The notes below the pieces were generated by a model. It had not been told where the DNA came from. It worked only from the letters and a program-made list of their open reading frames with translations, and searched no databases. From the NCBI RefSeq assembly GCF_009914755.1, contig NC_060932.1: DNA of 64,000 nucleotides; one strand, 5' to 3'. Position numbers and translations under genes: made by a program. This stretch comes from the human T2T-CHM13v2.0 reference genome, Homo sapiens. Below are positions 42,051 through 58,902 of the stretch, one piece after another. Every line of letters starts with the position of its first letter. The stretch's first letter is position 1.

Positions 42051-43511
42051 AGTAGTATTATAGAATTAGGGGCTGGGAGATTCCGTAAGGAAGGAAAGCT
42101 GGACAGACGAAAAAAACAAAAGCATATCTCCACTTGAACAGATCTGATAGATTTTGACCAACCCACAGCTCTTTCTGGGTTCTGTAATGAAAGGCAATCG
42201 GATGCAATGGAAATCCTGTCTAGGAGCCAGGAAACCTAGAATTAGTCCTACCTTGGTCACTACTACCTGTAGTAGCTCTCTAAGCTCAAATATCTCATTC
42301 TGATGAGATAGGGAAAGATAAATGCCCACCTTACCTAAAATGATTCTGGTAAAACTTCAAATGAAATTATGAATGCAAAAATGTCAAGAATAAAGGATCA
42401 TGCAAATATATGTTGCATGCAAATAAAAATAAAACTTGGAAATCTGTATTTCCCATTGTGGTTTCACATACCTTCCCTTTGAGAAGCCAAGAGAAAAATC
42501 AGTGCATTGTGGCTCTGAGGCCCATACCTCGCTTAACCTTGGCAGTTCACTTTAACTGTGCTCGAAGTCATGTTGAAATGTCCTCAGGAAACAGGAAAGG
42601 GTAGCAGCTAAAAGTTGAAAACAGTACTGACGTCACACTATGCTAGTTTCTTTCTAGGAACATTTGTATCCTGTCTGTCTTTGCTTTCCAGCTAATTAAC
42701 AAGCCCGTGACCTTCCTTAGCTCGAGGATGACCACAGTCCAGCGTGGAGCAGCAGGAAGTGGACGGCCATGGAATTGCAATCCAGCTGCGTCCCAGCTTG
42801 GTGGAGGGCCAGAGCAAGAAGCCAGGCATGGGGGCTCTCTGAGAAGCTGAGCACTTCTGGATGGGAAATTTGTTTGAAAATAGTCATATGCAGGCAAGGG
42901 GTGAGCACGTAGAATTATGCACAGGGCCTGTGTTTCACCCAGTTACCCAGAGAAACCTGCACTAATTGTTCTCAGCCAACAACACAGAACAGTTAATGCT
43001 CTGCTCCGAACAGGGAAGCAAGGCTTTTGCCCACGTTCCTGCTCATGCCTGCCAGACTACGGCAGGAGATGGGAGGCGCAGCCAAAAGAAGCTCCAGCCA
43101 GCTTCTCAGCAGGGAATGCTCATGTGTAGGTGACTGTCTGCAGAATGGGGATTTGAGAGGTATACCCGCTCCCCAAATGCAACCCTCTTATCCCCTCAAC
43201 AGCCTGCCAAGTTGCTGCCTCAAATCCCCACAATTCAGACAGTTCCTCTAGAGGCACAGTATTGTCACCAGAAAGCCCGGTTAAAATACAGATATGGGGA
43301 GAGGGTAGATAGGGAGAGAGACTAAAAAACCCATTAAACCATTATCCTCCATTGAACCATTATCCCCTAGGAAAGGTAATATCGGGGGAAGGGGATTCAG
43401 AGAGGGTGATTAAATAGGGGACCAGAATGAGGACCCGAGATACTTGAGGGGAATGAAGAGTCCTGAAGATACATTTTGCCTGTCTCTGAGGCTGTTAAAA
43501 ATTACTTAAAT

Positions 43512-44135
<624 letters not shown>

Positions 44136-46257
44136 AAAAATTACTTCAAATGCCTCAATACAAACTGTAACATCTCCATGCACTTGGTCACATCCAACCT
44201 CACTTCTTGATTTACATAAAGAGAAGACAACAGCCTTCGTCTGTCATTTTGACTCCGGATTTTGCTAAATGATTGTTTACATCTCAGTGCCCTGCTGGAG
44301 ACTTCTGAGATGTGAGGTTCCCTGGCTGGAGCAGGTTTTCAGTACAAATCTGTAAAAACAAACTCTGAGTTTTGATTTCCAGATGGTATCTGTTAATGTG
44401 AACACTGCTGCTTCAGGGACACTTTCAAGCTCATTTTCTCCTCCTAAACAAAATGAAGCTCTGGGCCCAGGGCAGCTTCCTTCCATTTTGCACTGCTTGG
44501 GTTCCTAGCAGCCTGGTCTTTCACTCTTTCTTAGTAGTTCTGCACTGGCCCGGGATTAGGGACTAGAACTGTATTTGCTTTCCTTGGCTGTGGCGCCCCC
44601 ATTCAGAGCATCTGTATTACCTCACAACATATGGCACAGTGCACACTTTTGAAAGCAAGGAACTGGAAACTTTCTCTTTTGGCAACATTTCCCCCAGTCG
44701 CCCTGGTGATTTCCACATGCAACACTTTCCATACTCATTGAGCACGGAGTTTAGAGGGTTTGAAATAAAAGGCCTCTCAAGCTTTCAGTCCTGGCTAAGA
44801 AAGCCCTCTCCACTGGATGCCAGAACAACGGGTTACTCCAAACACTTTGGATCTGACACATCAGTCAATGCAGAGGAATTCAGGGGGCTCATGTCTCTTT
44901 GTACGGGTAGCCTTAATGGTAGATTTTTTTCCCCCATGGTGACATTTAGCCCAGTTATGAAATCAAGCAATGAGACGGTCAGCTTTTGCAAAGGCAGGAC
45001 TTCTGCTCCTTAAAAAGAAATGCAGCCAGCTATGCTGATGGGAGAAAGATAAGAATTACCTTGGGGAAGGGTGGCTAGATAGCCAGGGCCGCAGGGAGAA
45101 ATTGCCGCATAGGGACCTAATGTCAGTTTCAGAGAACCAGACAGCAACAGGAAAGCCACGGTGAAGCCACATCAGTGTATTGCTTTGCGCTGTGGTCAAG
45201 CCGAGAGAGCACACATTAAATAGCCTTTATGCCACCTTAGAATGCCAGGCAAGTAGTCACCAGGTAGACACAGGAAGCCCCTGAACATAAAGAATGCTGA
45301 GGATGTGTCTGAGACGCTCCCACCCCACCACCGTCCTGTGTGACCCACACACATCTCTTTCTTTGTGTACCCAGACAGGGGTGAGAAGTAGTATCTTAGG
45401 GTGAGAAGTAGGCAGAGCTAAAGGCTGCAAGGTGGAGCATTTTAATCTTATCAGATACTGGACCTACCCAAAGTGACAATTTAAATGATCGAAGCTTTAA
45501 ACTAGGTTGTCTGGACGTTAGTGACTTATTTGCCTTCTAACCAGGATGTGAGGCAGGGTAGGGGGAAGGCCAGCAGAATTACAGACAACATAAACGAATT
45601 ACCTCTTCCTGCACAGCCTGCTGAAAGATGGGGTAATTGTCATTTTGCTACACGAAAGGCAGGACCTGCCCCTCTGCTTCTCAGCCCACACTGTTTCTGT
45701 ATCTTGCCACACAAACAGAAACTTCTGGGCTTTTGTTCTTGCCCAGATCCTCCCTGCGGATGAATCCTTGAGATTACGCTTACAATCTGCTCCTGGAGAT
45801 GTGGGCTATCAGGCGCCCCCATCCCTCACTCGCGTCTGCTGGCAGTGCCGGCACATTTGGCATTTGCTCATTTTCCCTCTGCACATTCTTCCCAAATCTC
45901 AAACTCCAGGGAGTTCCCCTTTGTCCCCTCCTGCAGTCCCAAGGGGCAGGACCAGACTAAAACTCAGACTGACTTCAAAGCAATGAATGAAAATGCAGAA
46001 AGAAATCTTGGACAAGAGTCTCAAATCAACGTGCAAACTGACAAAAGGCAGGCTCCTTTAGTGCATCTTACATAGAAGATGCAGTCCACAGTAGACCCAC
46101 AATGAAGGCCAAGAAAAGATAAACCAGCCGTTTGTGCTTCAATTATTCCCTGCTAAAGACAGCGCCCCCCCACCCCCCGCCTTTTACCTCATTCCCACTC
46201 TCACTCTACCTACCTCATGTCTGTCCTTCTTGTTTGTATATTTTGTTCTTAAGGACT

Positions 46258-46560
46258 CTTTTTGTTGAGAGGGGGAGCAGGGACAGGGTCTCATTCTGTC
46301 GCCCAGGCTGGAGTGAAATGATGTGATCATAGCTCACTAAAGTTTTGACCTCCTGGGCTCAAGTAACTGTCCTGCCTCAGCTTCCCAAATAGTTGGGACT
46401 ACAGGTATGCACCACTATGCCCGGCTAATTTTTTTATTTTTTGTAAAGATGGGGCCTCACTATGTTCCCAGGCTGGTCTTGAACTCCTGAGCTCAAGCAA
46501 TTCACCTGCCTTGGCCTCCCAAAGTGTTGACATTACAGGTGTGAGCCACCATGCCCAGCC
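46258..46560 (-). mobile_element. Alu (AluJ)
   Basis: TSD cttaaggact at 46248-46257 and 46561-46570. Confidence 0.92.
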
Positions 46561-47236
46561 CTTAAGGACTGTTAATTAATAAAAAATGATGACAATAGCT
46601 AATGCTTAGTGAGCACTTCCTATGTTCCAGGCTCTCTGTGAAGAGCTGGTCCTATGAAGCCACGTAATCTCCTCTGAGATTGAAAAAATATTTAGGATTG
46701 AAAAATAAGCTGAGGAAACTGTGGTAGGGGATGTGGAAAAGCCGACTGAAGCTGCTGGCTTGGAATAGGAACAAGACACACACTCACAAAATACAATGCT
46801 CCACTCTCCTCTTTTTTAGCTAATTTCCAGACTTCCCGCTTCCTTTGGCTGCCAAAATCCTCCACATTGTGGCTGACACTCAATGCCTCCATCTACTATT
46901 CCCTAAACCGCGGACTTCCACCCCCACAATTCTATTGCAACTGCATTTGCTGGAGGTTGCCAGGACTTTCTTCTGGCCAAACACAATGGTTTTCCCCCCT
47001 AGTCCTCAGCCTTGCTGACCTCAGGGCAGTACTTGACATTGTTTATGACCCAGCCTTCCCAAGGCACTTTCCCACTTTTTTCTCCCCTGTTTACCTATTT
47101 GCTGTGTCTTCCAAATGTGCCTCTGAGCATGGCTCTTCTGCAGGGCTCTGATCACCCTGGGGCTCTCTCTCCCCTAGACAGCTCCTCTCATGGTTTTAAC
47201 TAGAAGATCTCTGCTATGACTCCCAAATTTACCTCT

Positions 47237-47615
47237 TTATATGGTTTGGCTCTGTGTCCCTACCCAAATCTCATCTTGAATTGTAATTCCCATAATCCCC
47301 ATGTGTCAAGAGCAGGACCTGGTGGGAAGTGATTGGATCATGGGGGCAGCTTTCCCCATTCTGTTCTCATGATAGTGAGTGAGTTCTCATGAGATTTGAT
47401 GGTTTTACAAGTGTTTGACAATTCCTCCTATGCACACATTTGCTCTCTGTCACCTGCCGCCATGTAAGACATGCCTGCTTCACCTTCCACTATGATTGTA
47501 AATTTCCTGAGGCCTCCCCAGCCATGCTGCACTGTGAGTCAAATAAACCTCTTTCCTTTATAAATTATCCAGTCTTGGGAAGTTCTTTATAGCAGTGTGA
47601 AAATGGACTCATACA
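47237..47615 (+). mobile_element. THE1 solo LTR (THE1D-like) inserted in an L2 remnant
   Basis: atatggtttggctctgtgtccc...gttctttatagcagtgtgaaaatggactcataca; TSD cctct/cttct. Confidence 0.9.
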
Positions 47616-47649
47616 CTTCTCCAGCCCAGACTCTGCCCCTGTGCCCCTA

Positions 47650-48212
47650 GGTGCGCCCTGGTTCCCCTTGGCCCTCAAAAGTTTTGCTGAAAAATCAACT
47701 TGCAGAAGGCAGATTAATTGGAGAAAAGGCATACACATTTATTTAATATATGATTAATATATTAAATATTGTCCAATAATATGATTGGACAAAAAGGGAA
47801 CCATCTAATGCTGATAGACAGAGTGGGAACACCAAGCAAGGACTGTCTGTCTAGAGTCTTCTTTGCCTCTCTGAGCAGCACTCCTTCCTTCTGGGTTTGG
47901 GGCAGGACCCTTTCTGGAAAGGGGGTCTTATGACCTACAGTCCAATCAGGGAGGTCGGAAAATTTCCTTATGGCAAATTTTTAAACAGAAGGCAAGGGGA
48001 AAGTTAGAGAGTAATATTTTTAGTTTTTATGGCTTGCTTTGGGGGGAAGGGGTTCTGGTTTCTAAGACCTGCCTTGGGTTGTTCTTAGATTCTAGTGTCT
48101 CTGGCTAGTCTCGGGAGGATGGGACTGAGAGACAGGAGGACAAGAGAAGATCAGAGAAAAACTTTTGTTTCTGAGGCCTTCATTTTGAAGTATCGTTTTC
48201 TGAGCCCCAATA
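47650..48212 (-). mobile_element. ERV1 LTR, MER39-like
   Basis: Reverse strand starts tattggggctcagaaaacgatac...aaaatgaaggcctcagaa; ggagaaaaggcatac and ggggcaggaccct motifs. Confidence 0.85.
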
Positions 48213-48845
48213 ACCCAAATCCTTCATGTCCCTGAATAAATTTATCTTCTTCCCTCAAATTAGTTCTTCTTCCAAATATGCCTATGTCCCATTGTCTCTA
48301 AGGAAAGCCCAAGCCCAATACCCTGAGGCACGTTCTACTCCCCCACCTCTTCCAATCTACACATCCAGACTCCAAAACTGCCCCACTTCATGCTGTCTCC
48401 ATCTCTCTCAAAGATGCTACCTCTCCATACCTCAATATTTTCCTAAAGTACTTCATTTGAAAGCAGTTTTTGCTAATCAACACTTTTAGAATAGACTTTC
48501 CACTTAGAGAAATCTATCCTAGGGAAATCATCAGAGATTCATGAAAACAAAGACTAATGTGTCTGAATCTCAAATAGGAACAACTTAAATGAAGAGGACT
48601 GAGGGCCTTAGTTAATACATTATGGTGTGTCCACTGCAAGGGAATGGTGCAGCCTTTCACAATTGGGCTTCAAAAGGATATTTGATGGTATGAGAAAATG
48701 TTTATCCTATATTGCTAAGCGAAAAAAAAAAAGACAAGGGAGAGAGGAATGAATAGGCAGAACACAGAGGATTTTTAGGGCAGCAGAAATATTCTGTATG
48801 ATAATGCAATGAGGGATATATTATGTCATCCTACATTTGACCAAA

Positions 48846-49454
<609 letters not shown>

Positions 49455-49652
49455 GTATAATAAAAGTTAAACAGAATGTACAACACCAACAGTGAACCCT
49501 AATATAAATTACACTATTTGAATTATAATGATATGTCAATGTAGGTTCATCAGTTGTAACAAATATACCCCTGTGGTGAGGGATGTGGATAATGGGGAGG
49601 TGGTGCATGTGGGGTCAGTGGGTGTATGGGAAATCTCTGCACTTTCCACTCA

Positions 49653-50063
<411 letters not shown>

Positions 50064-50603
50064 GAAGAAATAAGCTTTACCTTGACACACACAAACACAC
50101 AGCCCACAAATGGGAACGTACACCATGAATCCTATCTCAACCACCCTCCTCCTGGCTCATTATACCCCAGCAACCTCCTCTTCTTTCATTTCTCTTAAGC
50201 TGTTTCCTTCCCAGGACATTTGCACACATCAGGACAAACTCTGAAAGGCTTTGAAATGGGGGAAGAATTTGTAGGCATTCTGACTTACTCTTCCTGGTCA
50301 TCTCCATCTTTCATTTTCTGAGCTAGAGACAACTCTGCAAGTTGTAGATGACTAAGAGCAATGTAAGGATTATTTTCCATATGCCAATACATTCTATCCA
50401 GCAGAGGGACAACTGCCCTTCATCCACCGAATTTGGAATCTTTGACATGTTCATTTCAGCATTCTTGATTGACCTATGTAAGTGTGGTACTTTGAATTAG
50501 CCTTTGAACCAGTTGTAAGATCTTAATGTTTCCCTCATTCATTAATGAGGTTAAAGATTAAATAAAAACTTTGACAGATGTTCATCTTATGATGATTCAC
50601 CTG

Positions 50604-50902
50604 GTTTTTTTTGTTTTTTTTTTTTGAGGGTCTTACTCTGTGGCCCAGGCTGGAATGCAATGGTGCAATCATGGCTCCCTGCAGCCTTGACCTCCCAGGC
50701 TCAAGTGATCCTCCTACTTCAGCCTCCTGAGTAGCTAGGACTTACAGGTGCATGCCACCAGGCCCAGCTAATATTGTGTGTGTGTGTGTGTGTGTGTGTG
50801 TTTGTAAAGATGAGGTTCCTCCATGTTGCCCAGACTGGTCCCAAACTCCTGGGTTCAAGCGATCTGCCCACCTCGGCCTCCCTAAGTGCTGAGATTACAA
50901 GC
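50604..50902 (-). mobile_element. Alu (AluJ) with (TG)n in the linker (about 50775-50800)
   Basis: Antisense dimer with a perfect TG run. Confidence 0.92.
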
Positions 50903-52442
50903 ATAATTAGCTTCTTAAAGAAATGCATCCTTTAACACACCTGTTATGTGCTTCTCTCTCTCTTCATCCATCTCAGCCCTGCTCATCCTTCAGGTCTCAG
51001 CTTCAATGTTGCATCCTGGGAGAGGCCTCCTCTATTCTAGATCAGGTCTCTCAGATTTATTCTCTTGCTGGTCTCTTTCTTCACTGCACTTGTTACAGTT
51101 GATAATTATGTATTCTGTGAGCTCACTCATTCTGGGAATGAAATTACCCGTGATTTGAATCTCCTTCTTTATATTTTTCTTCATTTGACATGTTTCTATA
51201 ACGAATATTTACACTTTTACAGTTTTTTAAATGTTGTCTTTAATCACTACTTTCAAAAGGAAAAGAAAAAAAAACTGTGGTATTTTTACTGTCAATTGCC
51301 CTTTGCAGTTCCAGGGAAGCCTCCCTCTCCAACTACCCCAGCCCACCCAGATTACTCCCGTACACAAACTCCTATTGCAATTCTATTGTGTTTCACGCAA
51401 TTATACTCACCAGAGCATCCAGTAACAACATCACAAGCACCTGTGCTGAAAGCTGTAGGGGGTGGGGGGATGCATGAGACCCTAAAAAGGGTAAGTTGTG
51501 CTTCCTACTTTAGAGGAATTTATGACCTTATGGTGGTACAAGACATAGAAGAAAAGTTAAATAACAATGTGCAGTATTATTTAACGAAGCACCATAGCTT
51601 TAGATATATGTTCAGGCTTGGGTTTACCGAAGGCCAGAATGGTCATGCGGCCTTATCGTATGATCTCAGCCCACATGTTCGTTAGTCTTGTGAGTTAGAC
51701 TAGGGTGCAACTTCACGGACGGCAGGACCACATCTTTCTTGGCTTCTTTCGTATAAACTACAGTACTGAACACACAGCCCAGGCGCATAGCAGAGGCTTC
51801 TACCGATTGATTCACTTACTGTCCAGGACAACTGGCTGGGTCAGTTCTCAGCACATAGCTTCTCTGGGAGATAGGAAGCTTTACTGAGCCTCTCCTCACT
51901 CCAGCATAACGTGGATCTAGTCTTACCATGTAAGTGTCCACGTTGTTGAAAAGTGATAGGCTTGCAATGGTTGGATTCCTGCTGGGTCTGCTTGGGGAGG
52001 TGATGGAGAATCTTGCAGCAGCTGATAAAACAGAGAAGCCTGGGCACCTGGGCAGGAGATTTTTCTACAGTGGTGGAGCAGCAATGGCCACTTCCGGCAA
52101 GTGGTTCTATTCCAAGATCCCAGGGCTCAGAGAGCAGGAATGTTTCCAGGAAGATGGGCCATTGCTTAAACAGAAGCCGGAGATTAACCACGTTTACACA
52201 CTAGGTTAAAATATCTAACTCTTTGGTCCAATCACAGGGGTGTCAGCTGTTGGAAAACAACCTAGTCCTAACGACCACCTCTAGTTCAGGAGCATTGAGG
52301 TCAGAGCTCTGCCATCACCCTGCTGTTTTGCATCATGCATAACACCTGCCTTCTCTCAGGCCTCCTTGGAAATGCTCCCCACTATCTGCAGTTGAACCCC
52401 TAGTATAGAGACATGACCCTGGCCACTTCCAGAATGGATTTA

Positions 52443-53158
<716 letters not shown>

Positions 53159-53899
53159 TACCCTGCCTTCTTTAGGTGGTCTTAGAAACTAAAAATATGT
53201 TTCTCACTTTTCTGACCTCAAATTAGTTTGAACCTCCTCCTACATCCTTTTTTATTTAACTCCCCATTTGTACAATCTGACCCTCTTCATGAAATGAGAC
53301 ACCGAGAGGCTGATTATCTCTTTCTCTCCTCTCTCTCTGCTTTAGGAGGCATGCTTTCTCTTTAAGCCCGACATCAAAGCAGTAGCTATGTTGTCCTCTG
53401 AATTCTCTGTGATGCTGTTTTCAGGAAGGCCTCCTAGGTAGGGTGGAGCCGGGCCTAACTTATCGTGGTGATGATTCCTGCTCTGGAGGGGCATCACTGG
53501 GTCAGGATACCTGGGCATATAAGCCATAGGCACTGGTGGTGGCTGGGAAGGGCAGCAAGTTCCCTAGACATGGGACTCTCGGGGCTGAGATGGCTCAAGA
53601 ACACTGTGGGGGGTCCTGTCTGAATGTGAGAGTCCAGAGTGTCACCAGAGCAGCCAGGTGTGGGCTGCAGCACCGGGGCAATTGTGTTCATTCCTCATCG
53701 TGGGGCCTCTCATCCCACCCCAGGACAGGATAAAAGAGTGTCATGGAAGTTTTGCAACTTGGCTGGATGATTTGCTCACCGCATGTGGGCCACATTGTCC
53801 TGCCCCTCCTGGCAGATCTTTGGCTCTGGAAGTGGTGTGGCACTCACTCCCCATCGCTGGCTCACTGCAGGCCTTCCCTCCTGGCAGCTCTGCTCTGGG

Positions 53900-54320
53900 G
53901 CCTGCCTGCCCAGGCCTGATTAATGCAGCCCAGTTTCCTCCAAAGATGCCTTGGAGGTGGAGGTGGGGGGGCGCTCAGTGAAGTCATTCTCACAGCCTAA
54001 TTGACTGATCATTTTTATTTCTCCTTTGCTGTGGACTTCCTGTTTATTGCTCCTTCCAGCTTATGTGAAGCCATTTGCAGCCACATGATGTTTTAAGATT
54101 CTCTTTATTCAGGGATAGTCAAGAGACAAAACTGGAGTCTGCCTGGAAAAACAAAAGAGGCAATAGTTCCAGAGCATTCAGGCTCTGATTCCTCCGTTGC
54201 GGGGGTGGCTGCCGACTGCTTTGCCCTGCGATGTGATGATTGCCAGTTATTAAGCCTGTCTGGTGGAGCGGGGAAGCCAAGTGAGGAAAACAACAATAAA
54301 AGGAAATAAATGGTTCTGAG
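53900..54320. promoter_or_regulatory. Candidate enhancer (FOX:ETS composite plus homeodomain motifs)
   Basis: Non-repetitive sequence with ACTTCCTGTTTATT (54035-54048), GATTAAT, CTAATTG and several retained CpGs. Motif evidence only. Confidence 0.35.
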
Positions 54321-54611
54321 GGACTGAGAACCGTGCAGACCAGAAAACACACACATACACACCAAAAGAAAACAAAACAAAAAAGCTCCTGCACTCTGTT
54401 AAGAGTTCATAGCCAGGAGGATAAACACCACTTAATTTGCAAACGATTACCATTTGGAGATGATAAAAAAATTAAATATCACTGGAAGAAAAGTTTACAC
54501 AGAAATTGCCAGATCCTGTGCTGGGAACATTTGTGAATTCCTCCCCAGCCGCCTCCTGGACAACAGTTCACGGCTAGACTCCACGGCATCTATTCCATGG
54601 CTGGTTTGGTT

Positions 54612-54848
54612 TAGTGGCTCTCAAACCAGGCCAATGTTGTTACCTTCTCCTTCTACCTCCCCCAAACATTTGGCAATGTTTGTAGACATTTTCTGTTGTC
54701 ACAACTGAGACGGGGAGTGACGACTGCTAGCAATTTGGTGTAGAGGCCAGGGATTCTGGACAGCCCCTCACAATGCACAGGACAGCCCCCCACAGTAACA
54801 AAAATTTCCAGTCCAAAATGTCAGGAGTGCCCAAATTGAGCAAGACTG
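54612..54848 (+). mobile_element. MER20 (hAT-Charlie)
   Basis: acatttggcaatgtttgtagacattttctgttgtcacaactg...gtagaggccaggga...acaatgcacaggacagccccc. Confidence 0.88.
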
Positions 54849-55062
54849 GTAGGAAGGTATCCAAGGGCAGAAAGGAAAACACAGAGTTGAACTGGGCTTG
54901 AGTTCTAGCTTTCTCCTTGGAAGAAGTCGTGGTAAAGGCAGGAGGTCCACCCAGGAAGTTCCAGACTTCCTGGAAACACACTAGGCCAGTAAGGTCTATG
55001 GAAATGTATTCTTGTCTTGGTATGATCAGGATGTCTCCGTCTTCTAAAATCTAGGTGAAGTT

Positions 55063-55399
<337 letters not shown>

Positions 55400-56480
55400 T
55401 CACTAACCAGCTAGTGGTCCAAATGCGTCCGATGTCCATGTGTGTGCAGCCACTGCCCTCTAGGGGCAGAATTGTGTGCGGCCGCTCACCATGGGTGTGT
55501 GTTTTGAGGCTGCACCATAAACCCTCAAGGCTCCTTCTTCACTCTAGGGGTCTAGGGGAAAGAGTCCTAATTGTATGGTTAGCTTTAGCTCTACCATTTG
55601 CTCACAGTGGCAAACCTCGTAACTTCTCTGAGCCCCAGGCGTGCCCTTTGTTCTTCACAGGTCATGGGAATCTCACGAAAGCATGGATGAGGAGACACTG
55701 TGTATTAAACCATCACACAAATAAATGTCCATTGCTGAGGCACCTCTGGAATCTGATGGTCAGAGATGTCCAATCATTAACAAATAGGCATTGAGGGCTT
55801 ATGCACATGACGAGGTCCATGGTGGGCAGAGAAAGGTGTGATTTTAGATGGTGTAAATTGCTATGAAAAGATCATACGGGACAAGGGGACACAGAATGGT
55901 TGGGGTGGTGCAGTATGGATGCCACATCAGTTATTCAGGGTGGCCAGAGAAGGCCTTTCTATAAGCAGGTACCCAGGAGGCATGAAAGAAGGAACTACCC
56001 TTGGAACAGGGCAATAGGGGCCCCTGTCCTGGGCCTGGGGATTTGGAGGACCCCAACCACTCTGATTATTTAACACGGTTCAGACTCCAGGGAAACGCTT
56101 CTCCACCACCTTGTCCTAATGCTGTCAAGGTTGTGGGTGGTGCTGGAGAGAATTTGTGTGGCGAAAGTGCTTAGGTGAGAGAAAGGACAAATTAACTAAT
56201 TTGTTCAAACCTTTCTCAAAACAGCATCAGAGCACTAGATTATTGCCTAAGGAAGAATTGTTTCCCAGAGTTCTGAGAATCTGTCTTTTTCTTCTCTTTG
56301 TGTTCTGGAGATGCTCATGGATTAAAGAGGTATTTAGGATGTTTACACATGATGGATGAGGAACATTTGCAATGTCAAGTAATTCGCATTTCTCTTAAAT
56401 GTGTATGTATGTTGGTTTAGATGTAAGATGCTCAAAGCATACCAATTATTTACCTTGACAGCACTGAACACCAAAATTGA

Positions 56481-57492
<1,012 letters not shown>

Positions 57493-57519
57493 GTGTGTAT
57501 GAAGATCTGGAGAAAGAGG

Positions 57520-57970
57520 TAATAACACGTTCTAAGCCCTGAAAGAGCAAAATGCTTGGCTTGTGTGAGGGACAGAAAGGCCAGAGTGCCTGGGCCTTGG
57601 ACAGAGGTTGAGAGGTAGGCAGGGGCCGTGCCAATGTGGTAAGGAGTTTGGATCTCACTGGACTAGCAATGGAAACTGATTGGAGGGTTTTCAACGGGAG
57701 ATGATGGTCCTGTCTGCTCTCTAGAGAATGGTCTTTAGGGGAACAAGAGTAGATGCAAGAGAACAAGGGAGGGGGCTGTTGCATTCGCTCTGACATGATG
57801 ACATGACTTTCACCTGAGTTTTAGCAGTGGCGGTGATGATATGCGGGCAGATAGGGGACATATTTGAAGGAAGAGAGGATTGAATTTGCTGACAGACTGC
57901 GTGTGAGAGGCGGGGAAAGGAGACAATGGTTTCCAGGTCTTTGGTGTGTGCAACTGAGTGGATGGTGGAG
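57520..57970 (-). mobile_element. L2 remnant
   Basis: tggtaaggagtttggat, ggagggttttcaac, gatttgctgacagactg-like block, gcaactgagtggatggtgg. Confidence 0.75.
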
Positions 57971-58120
57971 GGAACCCTAGAGAGAGAAGTGGGGAAGTAC
58001 AGAATACCTTGTATTTGGAACGCAAGTCCTGCTTTTGTAGAAGTACATGTGTTACTGATAATGGCTAGAGGAGAAACTAACAAGGTAGGATCAATTTCAC
58101 TTAAGTATCTTCCTCTCTCC
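57943..58120 (+). repeat. Local duplication, copy A (partner 60363-60536)
   Basis: About 175 bp, roughly 86% identity with one 4-bp indel, aligned by hand. Confidence 0.93.
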
Positions 58121-58902
58121 CTATCAACAGCCTGCAGCGTCACTGGGGCTGATTACCCAGGTGCCACTAAGAGCCTGTCTCATCCCAGTTGCCTGTCAAC
58201 AATCCCTGCAAGGTTTTGATGGGATAACTGAAGTATTACTTGCTAAATCCTTTCTAGCTTGAAATCCTAGGATTTTAAGGTAATGAAATGGGACCCAGAA
58301 AAATTTGAATTTTAAGAGAGGACTTTCTGAAGACAAAAAAGGAATCAAACTGCAAAGGTAGGAGGGTTTGCAGGACAATCTGCCAATTGACCACCACCCT
58401 GGCCACAGTATTGTTGTCCACAATCCTTGTCTTGGTGCACACTTCAATGCACATTCACGTACATGGCCTATTTTTAAAACTAGCAAGTTTGCTTAGATGT
58501 CATCGTGCATTCTGTGAACTCATAGCTCAATGCGCTCAAAATAAAATAACAGAATATCAGAACAAGAAAGAAGTTGTTCAGCGGCTCTGATTCTTTGTTG
58601 CCCTGATAAGGGAAGTGAGGGTTCTGACATGTGACCCTCAATGATCACACAGCTGGCTGGTGACAGACGTGGGCCGGATCCCAGGCTTTGAGACTTTCTG
58701 CCTGGTGTGCTTCCCACAAACACAGCCTCTGCACCAGGGATGAGTAATAGGTTGTGCAGGGCGAGGACCTGACATTAAAATAAGTCTCAGATTTCTTCTT
58801 GCAACGGCTGCAGATTTATGTCATTTTCTGCAATGTAGAATATGGTCATATTCCCAAGAGCTCAGAGCTCTTTCATAAATATAATAATATTGATCTCCAC
58901 CG

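Noticed and set aside
43331-43366. Short tandem duplications (18-bp unit here; gggtgagaagtag twice at 45379-45411)
   Set aside because: Ordinary slippage products with no evidence of function.
51065-51685. 206-aa ORF with a possible exon at 51309-51490 (AGG|GTAAGT)
   Set aside because: Overlaps L2-like relics, has a non-ATG start and no recognisable protein. The donor alone is not enough.
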